Below, one piece after another: positions 1 through 10,400 of a stretch of 60,181 nt of DNA. Origin of the DNA: a virus (taxonomy: Duplodnaviria; Caudoviricetes); the IMG/VR virus record IMGVR_UViG_3300042559_001222, positions 1 through 60,181 of that record. One strand, written 5' to 3'. The translations under genes and the position numbers were made by a program. The notes beneath the pieces were generated by a model. That model saw only the letters and a list, made by a program, of their open reading frames with translations. It searched no databases and was not told where the DNA came from. Each line of letters begins with the position of its first letter. The first letter of the stretch is position 1.

Positions 1-77
1 CCAAAGAAGCGACCCCTTTTGGGCGCGGAGTAGTAGGTGACCCAGTTCCAATGTCCTTTACAGGAACGGAACTGGGC
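1..77. repeat. Terminal overlap, identical to 60105-60181 (circular assembly)
   Basis: Exact 77-nt identity of the two window ends; an ORF reads in frame across the join. Confidence 0.95.
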
Positions 78-409
78 TTAACAGGACGCGGCACTGTTGC
101 GCTAATTGCGTTAGTAACGGTTCCTACTGAAGGAGTGACCCCTTTTGGGCGCGGAGTAGTAGGTGACCCAGTTCCAATATCTCTTACAGGGACTCCACCG
201 GGTTTAACAGGTCGTGGCATTGTTGCGCCAGTGACGGTTCCTGTTGAAGGAGCGGCCCCTTTTGGGCGTGGAGTAGTAGGTGACCCCGTGCCAATGTCTT
301 TTACAGGGGTTGCAAGTTTTTTCATGGAGGATGCCGCAGTTTTTGCTGCATTTAGCATAGCGCCACTAGCGGCACCGCCAAGTGCCATCCGTTTTACTTT
401 TGGTTTCAT
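1..409 (-). CDS. 5' part of origin-spanning 167-aa basic Pro/Thr/Gly-rich protein (continues 60104-60010)
   Basis: Manual translation MKPKVKRMALGG...(DIGTGSPTTPRPKG)x3...MFKKGGAVKKKTTTKARKK; GGAG upstream; missing from the ORF track because it crosses the ends. Confidence 0.8.
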   Translation of the reverse strand, partial: MKPKVKRMALGGAASGAMLNAAKTAASSMKKLATPVKDIGTGSPTTPRPKGAAPSTGTVTGATMPRPVKPGGVPVRDIGTGSPTTPRPKGVTPSVGTVTNAISATVPRPVKPSSVPVKDIGTGSPTTPRPKGVASL

Positions 410-445
410 ATCGTATCTCCCTTATATAAATAAAAAACTGAGGTT

Positions 446-964
446 TTACTTCTTTCGTGCGGCTCTCATGTTATCCACCAGATTAGGGTACGGACGCCCA
501 GCCTTCTTGGCCGCAGCTTTTGCTGCGGCTTTTTTCTTCGGTGCTAATGGCTTGGACTTGCCAAGACTCTTTGGCCGGGGCTTTTCCCACACTTCTTTTT
601 TCACAGCGCCACCCTTTTTAAATCCAGCGGTCCCGCGGCGAATCACATCACCTGTTCCGGAAGATACAGGCCGACCGCTAGAATCAGTCAAAAAGTTGGA
701 AGAGATTTCCTCCTGAGTGAGTCTTTCCACCACAGAATCTTCTGGAGTAAGGCCAGACACGATGTCGATCATGCGGGCGCGGGGATAAGTCTTTACGTTT
801 CCTCGGGCATTTTCTTCTCTCACTGCTCTGCGCAACGGCTCTCGTGCATCCTCATCTATTTTGCGCAGGTCTCTACGAAACTTGTCGTTACGCAGTGCTT
901 GTATCCCTGCCAGCGCAGCAGCGGCCACGCCAATGTCTTTTAGAATCTTTTTTGCCTTTGGCAT
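446..964 (-). CDS. Basic hypothetical protein with FKKGGAV motif and C-terminal AGRPYPNLVDNM domain
   Basis: 172-aa ORF with RBS, co-oriented with the late operon. Confidence 0.8.
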   Translation of the reverse strand: MPKAKKILKDIGVAAAALAGIQALRNDKFRRDLRKIDEDAREPLRRAVREENARGNVKTYPRARMIDIVSGLTPEDSVVERLTQEEISSNFLTDSSGRPVSSGTGDVIRRGTAGFKKGGAVKKEVWEKPRPKSLGKSKPLAPKKKAAAKAAAKKAGRPYPNLVDNMRAARKK

Positions 965-988
965 GGTTATTTCCTTTATGTAATAGTG

Positions 989-2053
989 TTAATTAAAAGA
1001 ACAAGCAGCTAACCGTCCACGAGCGTTTCCCACCCCGGTTACATTTGCGGACACGACCCCCGTATTGGAAACAAGGTTAGTAATATTGTAGTTAGTGGTG
1101 CTTGTACCCTCCGAGTTACCATATCCAAATATTCCCTTATCCCCACCATATTCACACGCAGCCAAAAAGGTTCTTGCGGTTCCTACCCCCGTCACATTAC
1201 TGGACACGATCCCTGTATTTGCAACGAGGTTGGTAATATTTTGAAGGGATGAGGTACGGCCATACCCAAATATTCCTTTGTCTCCCCCATACTGACATGC
1301 CGCGATTCCTTCTCGTGCGGTTCCTACTCCTGTGGTGTTTGATGCAACAACGCCAGTGTTTGATACACGATTAGTAACTGAAGTCGCAGAAGTGCTTACC
1401 CATCCATAACCAAACACCCCTTTGTCCCCGCCATATTCGCAAGCCGCAAGCTCCACACGTGCCGTTCCTGAGTTCGTAGTACTTGAAGCAACCACTCCAG
1501 TGTTAGAGACTATATTAGTTGCAGTTGTATTAGCCGTGGAATAGCCATAGCCAAAAATACCTTTATCTCCACCAAAGCTACAGGCAGCCAAGTTATATCG
1601 GGCAGGGCCCGCTGAGTTCACATCAGAAGCCAGAACCCCAGTATTAGAAACTAGATTTGTAAGCAAGCGTACGGTAGGCCCCGCAGAACTGCTGCCATAT
1701 CCAAAAATAGCTTTTCCCCCACCATATTCACAAGCGGCCAACCCCAATCTAGCCGTGGCAACGGTACTGGTATCCCCAGAAACAACTCCCGTGTCCGACA
1801 CGGTATTTACCATATTTCTGTAGGTACTGGAGGAAATACCAAATCCAAAAATACCGTTATTACGATTGCCCGAAGATTTACCCCAAAAATCTCCGGGCAT
1901 CGTAATCGCGCCAGCAGCTACGCCTGCTAGTTCTCGAACATCCGTAGCATTCAGGCTAATACTTCCAGTTGCAGATAGGCCTAGCTCCAGCGCAATCGAC
2001 TGCCCTACAGTAGAGCCGCCAAGGCTGATTGGACCGGAAGTATCAAGAGCCAT
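989..2053 (-). CDS. Putative tail-fibre adhesin/receptor-binding protein with 6 kelch-like repeats (paralog B)
   Basis: N-terminal SGPISL...ISLN..DVR.LAGV..GAITMPGDFWGKS domain; six ~48-aa TNLVSNTGVV...AR..LAAC.YGGDKGIFGYG repeats. Confidence 0.65.
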   Translation of the reverse strand: MALDTSGPISLGGSTVGQSIALELGLSATGSISLNATDVRELAGVAAGAITMPGDFWGKSSGNRNNGIFGFGISSSTYRNMVNTVSDTGVVSGDTSTVATARLGLAACEYGGGKAIFGYGSSSAGPTVRLLTNLVSNTGVLASDVNSAGPARYNLAACSFGGDKGIFGYGYSTANTTATNIVSNTGVVASSTTNSGTARVELAACEYGGDKGVFGYGWVSTSATSVTNRVSNTGVVASNTTGVGTAREGIAACQYGGDKGIFGYGRTSSLQNITNLVANTGIVSSNVTGVGTARTFLAACEYGGDKGIFGYGNSEGTSTTNYNITNLVSNTGVVSANVTGVGNARGRLAACSFN

Positions 2054-2062
2054 GGTTTTGTG

Positions 2063-2740
2063 TCATTCTTTAGGGGGTTCTTGTATCTTTAGCAAATTCG
2101 GAGATTCGGTTTCCGAGTTGCTTCCAATCTGCTCAAACTGCGTGACACGAAGTTCAATTTTTAATGGATCAATAGACCCTTCCACATATTGCATCTGCTC
2201 CGGCAATAAGCCTGATTTCTGCAAGGCCAGAAGGGTATGCGGATTAGACATGGCGTTTCTGACCTTTGCCGGGGAAGGACGGCCATTTGCAACCATTTCT
2301 GCGTAAATTTCTTTGCCAATCATCGCGGTAAACTCATTTGCCGCGTTGATCTCGTACATCTCTTCATCAGAAAAAGGTGTACCGTCAGGATGCTTGCATC
2401 GTGTGGGTTCTACAATGGCGTACAGCTCCGCCATAATTTTTTCCAATATCTTTATCTCTTCCCGGTTGAGGTCGTAGGCCTCTTTCTCGGTCACGCGAAA
2501 CGAGTCCGACTCTAAAAGCTCGGCTTGTTTATTTAAGATGATGTATTGCGCAGCGCCGCTGGCCTTTAGATGCTCGATCTCGGCATGTAATGCTTGGTAT
2601 TTCAGTTCAGACACCTGCTCAAGAACCTCAGCGCGTTTTCTACCCTCAAGAAAACCGTGTAACTGCTTTATCTTTTCCCAAGGCGTATTCCCTTCAACTT
2701 GGTATCGGTAATTAAATTCCGTATTTAGTTTTACTGGCAT
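2063..2740 (-). CDS. Hypothetical helical/coiled-coil protein between the adhesin paralogs
   Basis: 225-aa ORF, tightly packed in operon. Confidence 0.75.
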   Translation of the reverse strand: MPVKLNTEFNYRYQVEGNTPWEKIKQLHGFLEGRKRAEVLEQVSELKYQALHAEIEHLKASGAAQYIILNKQAELLESDSFRVTEKEAYDLNREEIKILEKIMAELYAIVEPTRCKHPDGTPFSDEEMYEINAANEFTAMIGKEIYAEMVANGRPSPAKVRNAMSNPHTLLALQKSGLLPEQMQYVEGSIDPLKIELRVTQFEQIGSNSETESPNLLKIQEPPKE

Positions 2741-2757
2741 TGTTACCCCTTTATTGG

Positions 2758-2970
2758 TTATTCTCTTGGGTAGTCAGGAAATGCTACCCACTCCAATTTT
2801 TCTTCATCCCAAATATAAGGGAATCCATCTTCTGGGTATGATTTTGGTGCCTTCCACGACACCATATTCTCGTCCCACACCCAAGAGGTAGGACGCTGTG
2901 CATCGTACTGTTCTTTTTTGTATTGTTCAACTTCTTCAGTGGTGGGGGAGACTGGTTGAGAATTCTGCAT
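2758..2970 (-). CDS. Small Trp/Pro-rich tail-fibre-associated protein
   Basis: SWVWDE...WKAP..YP.DG..YIWDE...EW pattern typical of small genes next to phage fibre genes. Confidence 0.65.
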   Translation of the reverse strand: MQNSQPVSPTTEEVEQYKKEQYDAQRPTSWVWDENMVSWKAPKSYPEDGFPYIWDEEKLEWVAFPDYPRE

Positions 2971-2980
2971 GATAGTTCCT

Positions 2981-4060
2981 TTATGTGAGTGAGTACCCGC
3001 AAGCAGACAGGGCCCTACGTATAGTCCCTACTCCTGTCGTATTTGCAGCGACTACCCCAGTGTTTGAAACACGATTTGTAATATTGTATTCAGTGGTTCC
3101 GCCTCCAAATCCATACCCGAAAATGCCTTTGTCCCCACCGTACCCACAAGCCGCCACCATGGCACGGGCAGTTCCTACCCCCGTGACGTTTGCGGAAATT
3201 ACACCGGTATTCGACACAAGGTTAGTTGTGGCAACTAGATTAGAGGCAGTTGACCCATAGCCAAAAATACCCTTATCCCCACCATACGTACAAGCGGCTA
3301 GATCGTATCTAGCCGACCCGGTAATGGTGGTATCGGTGGACACTACGCCCGTGTTTGATACAAGATTCGATATTAACCGTAGCGTTATGGGTCCACTAAC
3401 AGTACCGCCATAAGCAAAAACGCCCTTATCTCCACCATAGCCACAAGCGGCAAGAGATGTTCTAGCTGTCCCTACTCCTGCTACATTTGCAGATACCACC
3501 CCCACATTAGAAACCAAGTTGGTTACTGATTGGTTTCCTGCATCAAAAGCAGTAGCCCCGTATCCAAATATTCCTTTATCCGTCCCATATGAACAAGCCC
3601 CTAATGCTCGACGGGCGGTACCCACCCCAGTGGCATTTGCGGATACGACCCCTGTATTAGATACCAAATTGGTTACTGATTGATTAGTGGTGCCCGCAAC
3701 ACCGTAACCAAAAATTCCCTTATCTCCACCATACGTACAAGCGGCTAGAAAGGCCCTAGCAGTACCTATCCCAGTAACGTCGCCTGAAACAACGCCCGTA
3801 TCCGATACTAGGTTGGTAAGTGATCTCATGGTGCTTGCGCCACTTAGTCCATATCCAAAAATACCCTTTTTTGTGGTCGAAGACTTTCCCCAAAAATCCC
3901 CGGGCATTGTAATCGCACCGCTTAGTACACCGGCTAAGGCGCGAACATCAGCCTGATTGAGACTAATGCTGCCCGTAGCGGAGAGGCCTAATGCAAGCGC
4001 AATCGATTGCCCGGTAGTGGAACCCGCAAGACTAATTGGACCGGAAGCATTGAGCGCCAT
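2981..4060 (-). CDS. Putative tail-fibre adhesin/receptor-binding protein with 6 kelch-like repeats (paralog A)
   Basis: Same N-terminal domain and six repeats as 989-2053. Confidence 0.65.
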   Translation of the reverse strand: MALNASGPISLAGSTTGQSIALALGLSATGSISLNQADVRALAGVLSGAITMPGDFWGKSSTTKKGIFGYGLSGASTMRSLTNLVSDTGVVSGDVTGIGTARAFLAACTYGGDKGIFGYGVAGTTNQSVTNLVSNTGVVSANATGVGTARRALGACSYGTDKGIFGYGATAFDAGNQSVTNLVSNVGVVSANVAGVGTARTSLAACGYGGDKGVFAYGGTVSGPITLRLISNLVSNTGVVSTDTTITGSARYDLAACTYGGDKGIFGYGSTASNLVATTNLVSNTGVISANVTGVGTARAMVAACGYGGDKGIFGYGFGGGTTEYNITNRVSNTGVVAANTTGVGTIRRALSACGYSLT

Positions 4061-4069
4061 TAGTTACCC

Positions 4070-7000
4070 TTACTGTTGTGGAGGCATCGGTTGCATCGGC
4101 TGCCCTTGTAGTATTTGCTGACGGCGCTGCTCCAGCAACCCACTAATTGGATCATTAGGGAACAATGCCGGATACATCATTGGAACATTCTGTAAAGCAG
4201 AAGGCGGTTTCTTTGGCTGCGTAGTCGGCAACCGCAGTTGCTCAAGGCCCGTGGTCGGCGGCGCAGGAGGCAATGCCCGCAACATCGATGCCGCTGTTTC
4301 ACGTGAAACGACAGGCGCTTGTGCCATGCCGGGGATAGGTGTCTCTTGGTCTCCTACAGCAAGATTAGAGAGCTCCTGACGCGCTGTGCGGTCTACACGA
4401 GCTTGCAACATGGACCGCGGAACGCCGATCTTCTCCAACTCTGCTGCAAGGGCACGTCCCTGCTGTGGAGTACTGACCTTTGTCATCTTGCTGGCGAAGG
4501 CAGGATCTTCCAAGGCTTTGGTAAAGATGCGCTTGTAGATTTCGTTCTCTAAACCAGCGGAGAGACGTACCAGCACGGCCAATGCACCGGTGGATGGAGC
4601 GATACGGCCAACTGCTGCCTCGCGGGCCGTGGTTGTCAGGAATTGAATACCTGATCCCATCACACGCTTCAACGTCTCATCCAACGATTGGAAGACAGGA
4701 ATCTGCCCTGTTACATCCGCAAAAGCATTGACCCGGCGCTGCATGTCGGCCAGCATTTTTAAATCTTCCAGATGCTGTGTATCTTTGAACAGCACCTTCA
4801 ACGACTTCTCATTGTTGTCGATGAATGTCTTCAGCGCACCACCGCCCGTAGCACCTTCTGTGGCTAAGTCATAAATAGAACGGCGCAACGCGGCAAGTTG
4901 CTCGGGATTTTTACCTAACTCATCCACCAGAACCCGCATGGTCGCTGGGTCTTCTACTGCCTTGGCCAAGGTCTGACGGGGGTCAGCATCAGGACGGGTT
5001 ACGCGCTTGAGCATTTGGTCAAGCTCATCGTTGCCCGCTGCGACTCGACGAGCATCTATTTCACCCATGCGGCGAACATAGTCATCAGCAAGCGTTACCT
5101 CATCCTGCAATTTTGCTTGCAGTGTGTCAGGTAGTGCTTCCACAATGTTTTTGTTCTTATCTAAAACGGAACGAATCGTCTTCGGGTCTACCAAGCCGTC
5201 TTGGTTTACTACGCCTTTGGTACGCAGCCAATCCACTGTGCCTTTCAGCAGCAGATCGTCAAAGCCCGGGGTGCCCGCCAGAGATACCTGCAACTGACGC
5301 AGATTGCCCGCATTGGAAAATGCCTTTTGCAGCAACTGCTCGTTACCCAGCAAGAATGCATCGCCACGACCTGTCTTCTGAGCCATGAGCAGCGGTAGGT
5401 TCTGCTCGAACCCTGCACGATAATCAGCGAGGACATTCTTCATACCCTCGTACTCTGTCTTGATCTTTGGCACGTGGTCCAAGATCAGCTTCTCGATATC
5501 GTTGTACACCGCAGTGCCGGTATCCAAAGTACGCTGGGCATCAGTTAAGCGTGTACCGCCCTTATTCATAGCGGAGTTGTATCGTGCCAATGCGTCATTG
5601 CGGAACCGTGCCGCAGATGCTAAGTAGTCCAGTGCCTCTGGGACATTAATATTGATACCCGTGCTCTCAAGCGCGATTCGAGCAGCATCCTCATTAATCT
5701 GAGAAGGATTAATGGTAATGGACTTCCCCGGAATACCCGTAGGAATCGTTGCATTGCCTTTGGCATCCATCTTAACGGCTTCCGCCAAAGAGGCGCGGCG
5801 CTTGGTTCCTTTGCCTGATTTACCCTGCACCAAAGCCATAACCGAACTACGGATGGCCTCATCAAGGTCCGGAGGAAGTCCCAAACTTCTAATCTGTTTA
5901 TTGATTGCGTCATCGGTCAACTCTTTGACCATCTGATTCTCTAAACGAGCTCTAGCGGCTTGTTGGCCTTGAATAAAATTACGCAGGAAAGCAATAGGCT
6001 CCGGAATAGGATTGCGCAGTGATGGACGCTCTGGGGAATATTTCTCCACGAGCCCTGTCGCAGCCTTTTCCATGTCCCGTGCAGGGAACAAAGATTGCCC
6101 TTCACTTCGCGTAGGCATCGGCAAGCCCTCAGGGCTGGTTGCCTGACGAAGACCCATCAGACGCAACGTGTTGTTCCGCATGTTGTAGTCAAACTCCATG
6201 GCACCCATCAGTGCGCCACGCAGTTCGTTATTGATCATGTCCATGTTCTGAGGTCCGAGGCGCTCGGACACTGCCAAAATCTCCGCTTCCGTCATATCCT
6301 TTTTAGCACGGAGCAGATTCTCAAAAAAGGATTGACGCTCTGCCTGTGCGGCTTGGAACGCCTCAATAACCGATTGCCGCGCTTCAGGGGCAATGCTGTC
6401 CATTAGCCCACGAAGTTTCTGCTGGTTCTCGTTAATACGTGCTTTGGTCGCTTCCAGTTCCTTTGGCCCAAGCTGTTGCAGCAGCTGTGCCTTTCTTTCA
6501 AGCAGCGGGCCATACATGGTTGTTTCAGCCGCATCAAACATAAATCCTGCTTGTGAGAAGCGTGGGTCTTGCATGGCCAGTTCAAGCTGGCGAAGAGCTT
6601 GCTGTGCTTCGGGGCTCTCGGATATAGGGCCAAAGACCTGCGCTAATTTCTTCTCCGCATTTTTCATCAACAACTGCGGAACAATGCGGATACCCGGCAG
6701 TTGGTACGCCTTGCCTAACCCCTGTAGTACCTCATTTTCTACTTCGCCTAGACCAGAAGTAGCACTCTTTATTTTGTTCTTGATTGCTTTCCCTGCCATA
6801 ACGGAAGGGAGCATGCTCAGTGCTAAAGGCACACCAATAAATGCACCCATTGGCAAGAGATTTTCATACAACTGCTTATTGGGGTTATCGTCGCTGACAT
6901 TCTCTGTCACCGCTTGACGCAGACCTTCATATCCAGCACCAAATGCAACATCGACCGCCGCCGCTGCGCGTGGACTCTTCTGTACAAACTTGATGGCATC

Positions 7001-7450
7001 ATCCGCAATACCACGTAGCACACCCGTTTTCACAGTCTGTGCAGTAGTTACCATGGGGCGCAGACGAGCCGCCCATGCAAGAATTCCAGTGAAGGGCATT
7101 GTTCCGCCAACACCTTCTGCAATAGCACGGGCATAGCGTTCGGTGGAATCGCGGGGAGCAACCTGACCCTTGTTGAAGAATTTACCTAAGGTAAAAACCT
7201 CATCCTCTTTCATTCCCAAGGCCCTGCCGATCCCTAGTGTCGCAGCATCAGGTAAAGCAAACAGTGCAGAGTTGAATCCCCAAGAGGCATTACGCAACAA
7301 GCCCCCCAAACGATCTCCCTCAGGAACAGCTTGATCCAACTGCGGTTTCGCTCGAGCGGATTCCGTTGTTGGCGCACCTTCGACGCGGCCAACCACATTG
7401 CCTGTGGTTAGGTCAACGAGTTCACCACGTGCGTTGGTTAGCGTTGTCAT
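4070..7450 (-). CDS. Large internal virion / DNA ejection protein (putative)
   Basis: 1126 aa, helical, N-terminal hydrophobic Gly/Ala segments, last of the large post-tail genes. Confidence 0.6.
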   Translation of the reverse strand: MTTLTNARGELVDLTTGNVVGRVEGAPTTESARAKPQLDQAVPEGDRLGGLLRNASWGFNSALFALPDAATLGIGRALGMKEDEVFTLGKFFNKGQVAPRDSTERYARAIAEGVGGTMPFTGILAWAARLRPMVTTAQTVKTGVLRGIADDAIKFVQKSPRAAAAVDVAFGAGYEGLRQAVTENVSDDNPNKQLYENLLPMGAFIGVPLALSMLPSVMAGKAIKNKIKSATSGLGEVENEVLQGLGKAYQLPGIRIVPQLLMKNAEKKLAQVFGPISESPEAQQALRQLELAMQDPRFSQAGFMFDAAETTMYGPLLERKAQLLQQLGPKELEATKARINENQQKLRGLMDSIAPEARQSVIEAFQAAQAERQSFFENLLRAKKDMTEAEILAVSERLGPQNMDMINNELRGALMGAMEFDYNMRNNTLRLMGLRQATSPEGLPMPTRSEGQSLFPARDMEKAATGLVEKYSPERPSLRNPIPEPIAFLRNFIQGQQAARARLENQMVKELTDDAINKQIRSLGLPPDLDEAIRSSVMALVQGKSGKGTKRRASLAEAVKMDAKGNATIPTGIPGKSITINPSQINEDAARIALESTGININVPEALDYLASAARFRNDALARYNSAMNKGGTRLTDAQRTLDTGTAVYNDIEKLILDHVPKIKTEYEGMKNVLADYRAGFEQNLPLLMAQKTGRGDAFLLGNEQLLQKAFSNAGNLRQLQVSLAGTPGFDDLLLKGTVDWLRTKGVVNQDGLVDPKTIRSVLDKNKNIVEALPDTLQAKLQDEVTLADDYVRRMGEIDARRVAAGNDELDQMLKRVTRPDADPRQTLAKAVEDPATMRVLVDELGKNPEQLAALRRSIYDLATEGATGGGALKTFIDNNEKSLKVLFKDTQHLEDLKMLADMQRRVNAFADVTGQIPVFQSLDETLKRVMGSGIQFLTTTAREAAVGRIAPSTGALAVLVRLSAGLENEIYKRIFTKALEDPAFASKMTKVSTPQQGRALAAELEKIGVPRSMLQARVDRTARQELSNLAVGDQETPIPGMAQAPVVSRETAASMLRALPPAPPTTGLEQLRLPTTQPKKPPSALQNVPMMYPALFPNDPISGLLEQRRQQILQGQPMQPMPPQQ
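4295..4310. promoter_or_regulatory. parS-like site (ParB binding)
   Basis: TGTTTCACGTGAAACG, 15/16 match to the chromosomal parS palindrome TGTTTCACGTGAAACA. Confidence 0.7.
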
Positions 7451-10400
7451 TTTTGGATAAGCCCTTTGAGTTGAGTCGGGGTAAATGCATCAATGCGGCC
7501 ATTAGGCATTTTTATGTACACGGTGGCTCTTGGGTCCTGCAATGTACCAATTGTCGATCCTAAATAAGTAAACATACGTTTTTGACCTTCTGGATCAGCA
7601 GGAACAACAAACGGGTCAACTTGAGTACCCGTTTGTGGGGTTCGCATCACGTAGTCTTTATTCTCAAAGCCCAATTGAGTCAAAACATTTTGACGAGCGT
7701 TACGCAACTGCGCTTCCATAGTGGCAAACCGCTTGGCAGCGACTTCTTTGTTTGTAAAAAATTCTGTTGGTTTAGTGAGGTCGCCTAGTATGTCCCGCGC
7801 CCACTCTTGCTCTTGGACCGCGACACGGCCTTGATCATTAGCCGATGCAATACTCTTTTGCACCTGATTTAACCCGGCTTGGATTTGCTGTGCCGCAGCA
7901 GTCTGTTTCACATCAGGACGGACTAGGCCACCAGAGATAGGGACGATGACGTTGTTGATCTTGTCCACGAACCACGTGCCGGGGCTATAGAGTTCTGCAT
8001 ATTGGCCACGAAGATTATCAAACATCTTCAGGCTGTTATCTAACGCCCGCAGTGTGTTCCCCAGTTTGACGCGCTCACCCTTGTCTGTTTCTACTGTTGT
8101 AGGAGCATCGCCAAGATTATCAACAAATGGATTATCCGTCCCACGCAGTGTCCAACGGCTATCAACCGCACTTTGAACAGCAGGAGGCAGTTTTCCATTA
8201 GCGTCTGGTTTTATGTACGTTCCTAGGAAACTTCCTTTTCTATCTTTAACAATAGTCAGTCCCATTCCACCGTCTTCTTCTACAACACCTTGGTTTTTCA
8301 CCAGTTCTAACTGAATCGCAAGATCATTGGTAAGAATCGTGTTAGACCTCGTATTCCCACCTTTGATGTTTTCCAAAATCTGAGCATTATTAGCCCGAAT
8401 ACTTTCCAACTGCTCACGCGATCTTGCTTGCAGCACTGTATTAGCAAGACGGCCTTGGATTTCCAAATCTTTCAACTGAAGATCACGAGCAACCTTATCC
8501 TGCATATTAATACTATTAACTGCTTCCTGAAGCACCGCAGTCTTGATCTTGATGTCTCTGTCTTTAGCTTGCGCAACAATTGCTGCAAAGCCTTTCGGAA
8601 CTCCAGACAACGATTCACTCAATGCCATCGCCATCGTGGGTTTGTAGGTAGAGGCAAACTTGAAGCCAGCATCAGCCAATAGCAGAAATGCATTAGTACG
8701 TGCGTCGGCTTTGGTATCACCCAACAGTTCACGGAAAGTAGGCTCAAGGTCTTTATATTCTGCCCTGATCCGTTCGCCGCGGGTCTTGAATATATTATCT
8801 TTGACAAACTGCGTTGTGTCGTCCTTCTTGGGAATAATGCCTTCTTGCGTACGGCCCAATAAATTAGGATCGTACGTAAATTGATTTTTATCGCCAACCA
8901 ATCTTTGCAACAAAGATGGAGGCTGCACAAACTGTTCATTAGGATCGACTGCCGCAGTAGTTGTCTCTGTAGTTCCTTCTGTAGTGGAAGGCAGACCTTC
9001 CTTTGGCACTGGATTAGGGCGACCCCCAACAACCGTCAACTCCTGAGAAGATTCCGGCGCGCCCTGTGGATTAGGACGTGCCCCAACACTGTATCGGGGG
9101 TCAATGTAATTGCCTTTTGCGTCCCGTATTGGCGGGCCCTGAGGTGGTATTTGATCAATTAATGCATTGACCTGCGCCAATTCTTCCGCTGAACGGGGCG
9201 CAGCATTAGGGGAGGTCAAATTATTGTAAAGAGCAATATCCGCTGCCAGCACTCCAGTGCCCAATGCCGTAAGTTTAGGGTTCTTGCGGATAGCATTACC
9301 CGCCATGCCTAAGAGTGGATCTTGGCGAATTGCTTGGCTAAATGGGACGCGGCCCATGTTCAGCGTATTTGCTGCTTCCAGACGAGTGCCTCTACCCATC
9401 TCAGGGCCCCGCGGTCCTTGAACAATGTTCTCACGTCCTTGGATCACGGCTCGACGGCCATCTTCTGTCATCTGCTCAACACGCATCCCGGGACGGAGAA
9501 AGGGTGTCACAAGCTCGTCAAGATATTCAATGCCCCGTGTCATATAAGGAGTCAGTGCGCTACTGATCTTCCCAAACCCTTGAGAAGCCAATCGAGCACC
9601 TTCTGACACAAGCGTACCGCCAGCTGCGCGGAGCGGGGGCATACCATCAGGCGTAGGCGGAGCCTGTTCAGTTCCAAATGGCGCTGTTGACGATTCCTGT
9701 GCGTCCAGTGGTTTTGACGTATATCCCGTAAGGCTTGGTATGTCCTGCGTCAAACTTGGCTGCTGTGCCCCGGACGGCATAAGGATGTTAACGGACTGCG
9801 ACGGAGAAGTGGTACCTTGAAACAACGGAGAAGCACTAGGCGTTACACGCTCCTGTGCTTGATTTTCCTGAAGTCTTCCTAAAAAAGTCGTTCCACCGCT
9901 ATTCATCCCATCACTAAAAGGCATGGACGAACCAAACATGTCGCTATTGCCAAATGGATTGCTATTGCCAAATGGATTGCTATTGCCAAATCGGAGCGTT
10001 AGTTCTCCAGTGGCCGATACGTCACCGCCCTCTGCAAATGGTTGGGGCGGAGCCTGTTCAGCCCCGCCCTGCGGAAAAGGGGGCATACCCTCCATGCCCG
10101 GAGGCATCGCTGGACCTTGACCCATCATCGGAGGAGGAGCCATCTGAGCACCCTGCGGAAGTGCACCAATCCCGCCCTGCGGCATAGGCGGAGCCGTTTG
10201 CGCCGCAAGCTGCGGCTGCAACATGGCCAGAACTTCCGGCGGCGTTTCCATCGCTGCCTCTTCTCCAACCATTTGTGCCAGTTCAAGGTAACGTGCATCA
10301 ACGGAGCGCATGTCCCCACGAAGGTTATTCATCAGGATTTCAGGATTCTGCGGGCTACGAGCCATAGGCTGCATATCCTCTTCTTCCATCTCATCCTCAA

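Noticed and set aside
10-310. CRISPR-like repeat array
   Set aside because: The repeats are in-frame coding repeats with related intervening sequence, and there are no cas genes.
51-716. 221-aa plus-strand ORF
   Set aside because: Antisense shadow of two minus-strand genes that have RBSs and the shared FKKGGAV motif.
989-4060. Diversity-generating retroelement acting on the repeat proteins
   Set aside because: No reverse transcriptase was seen, and the repeats differ at all bases and in length rather than as an adenine-specific TR/VR pair.
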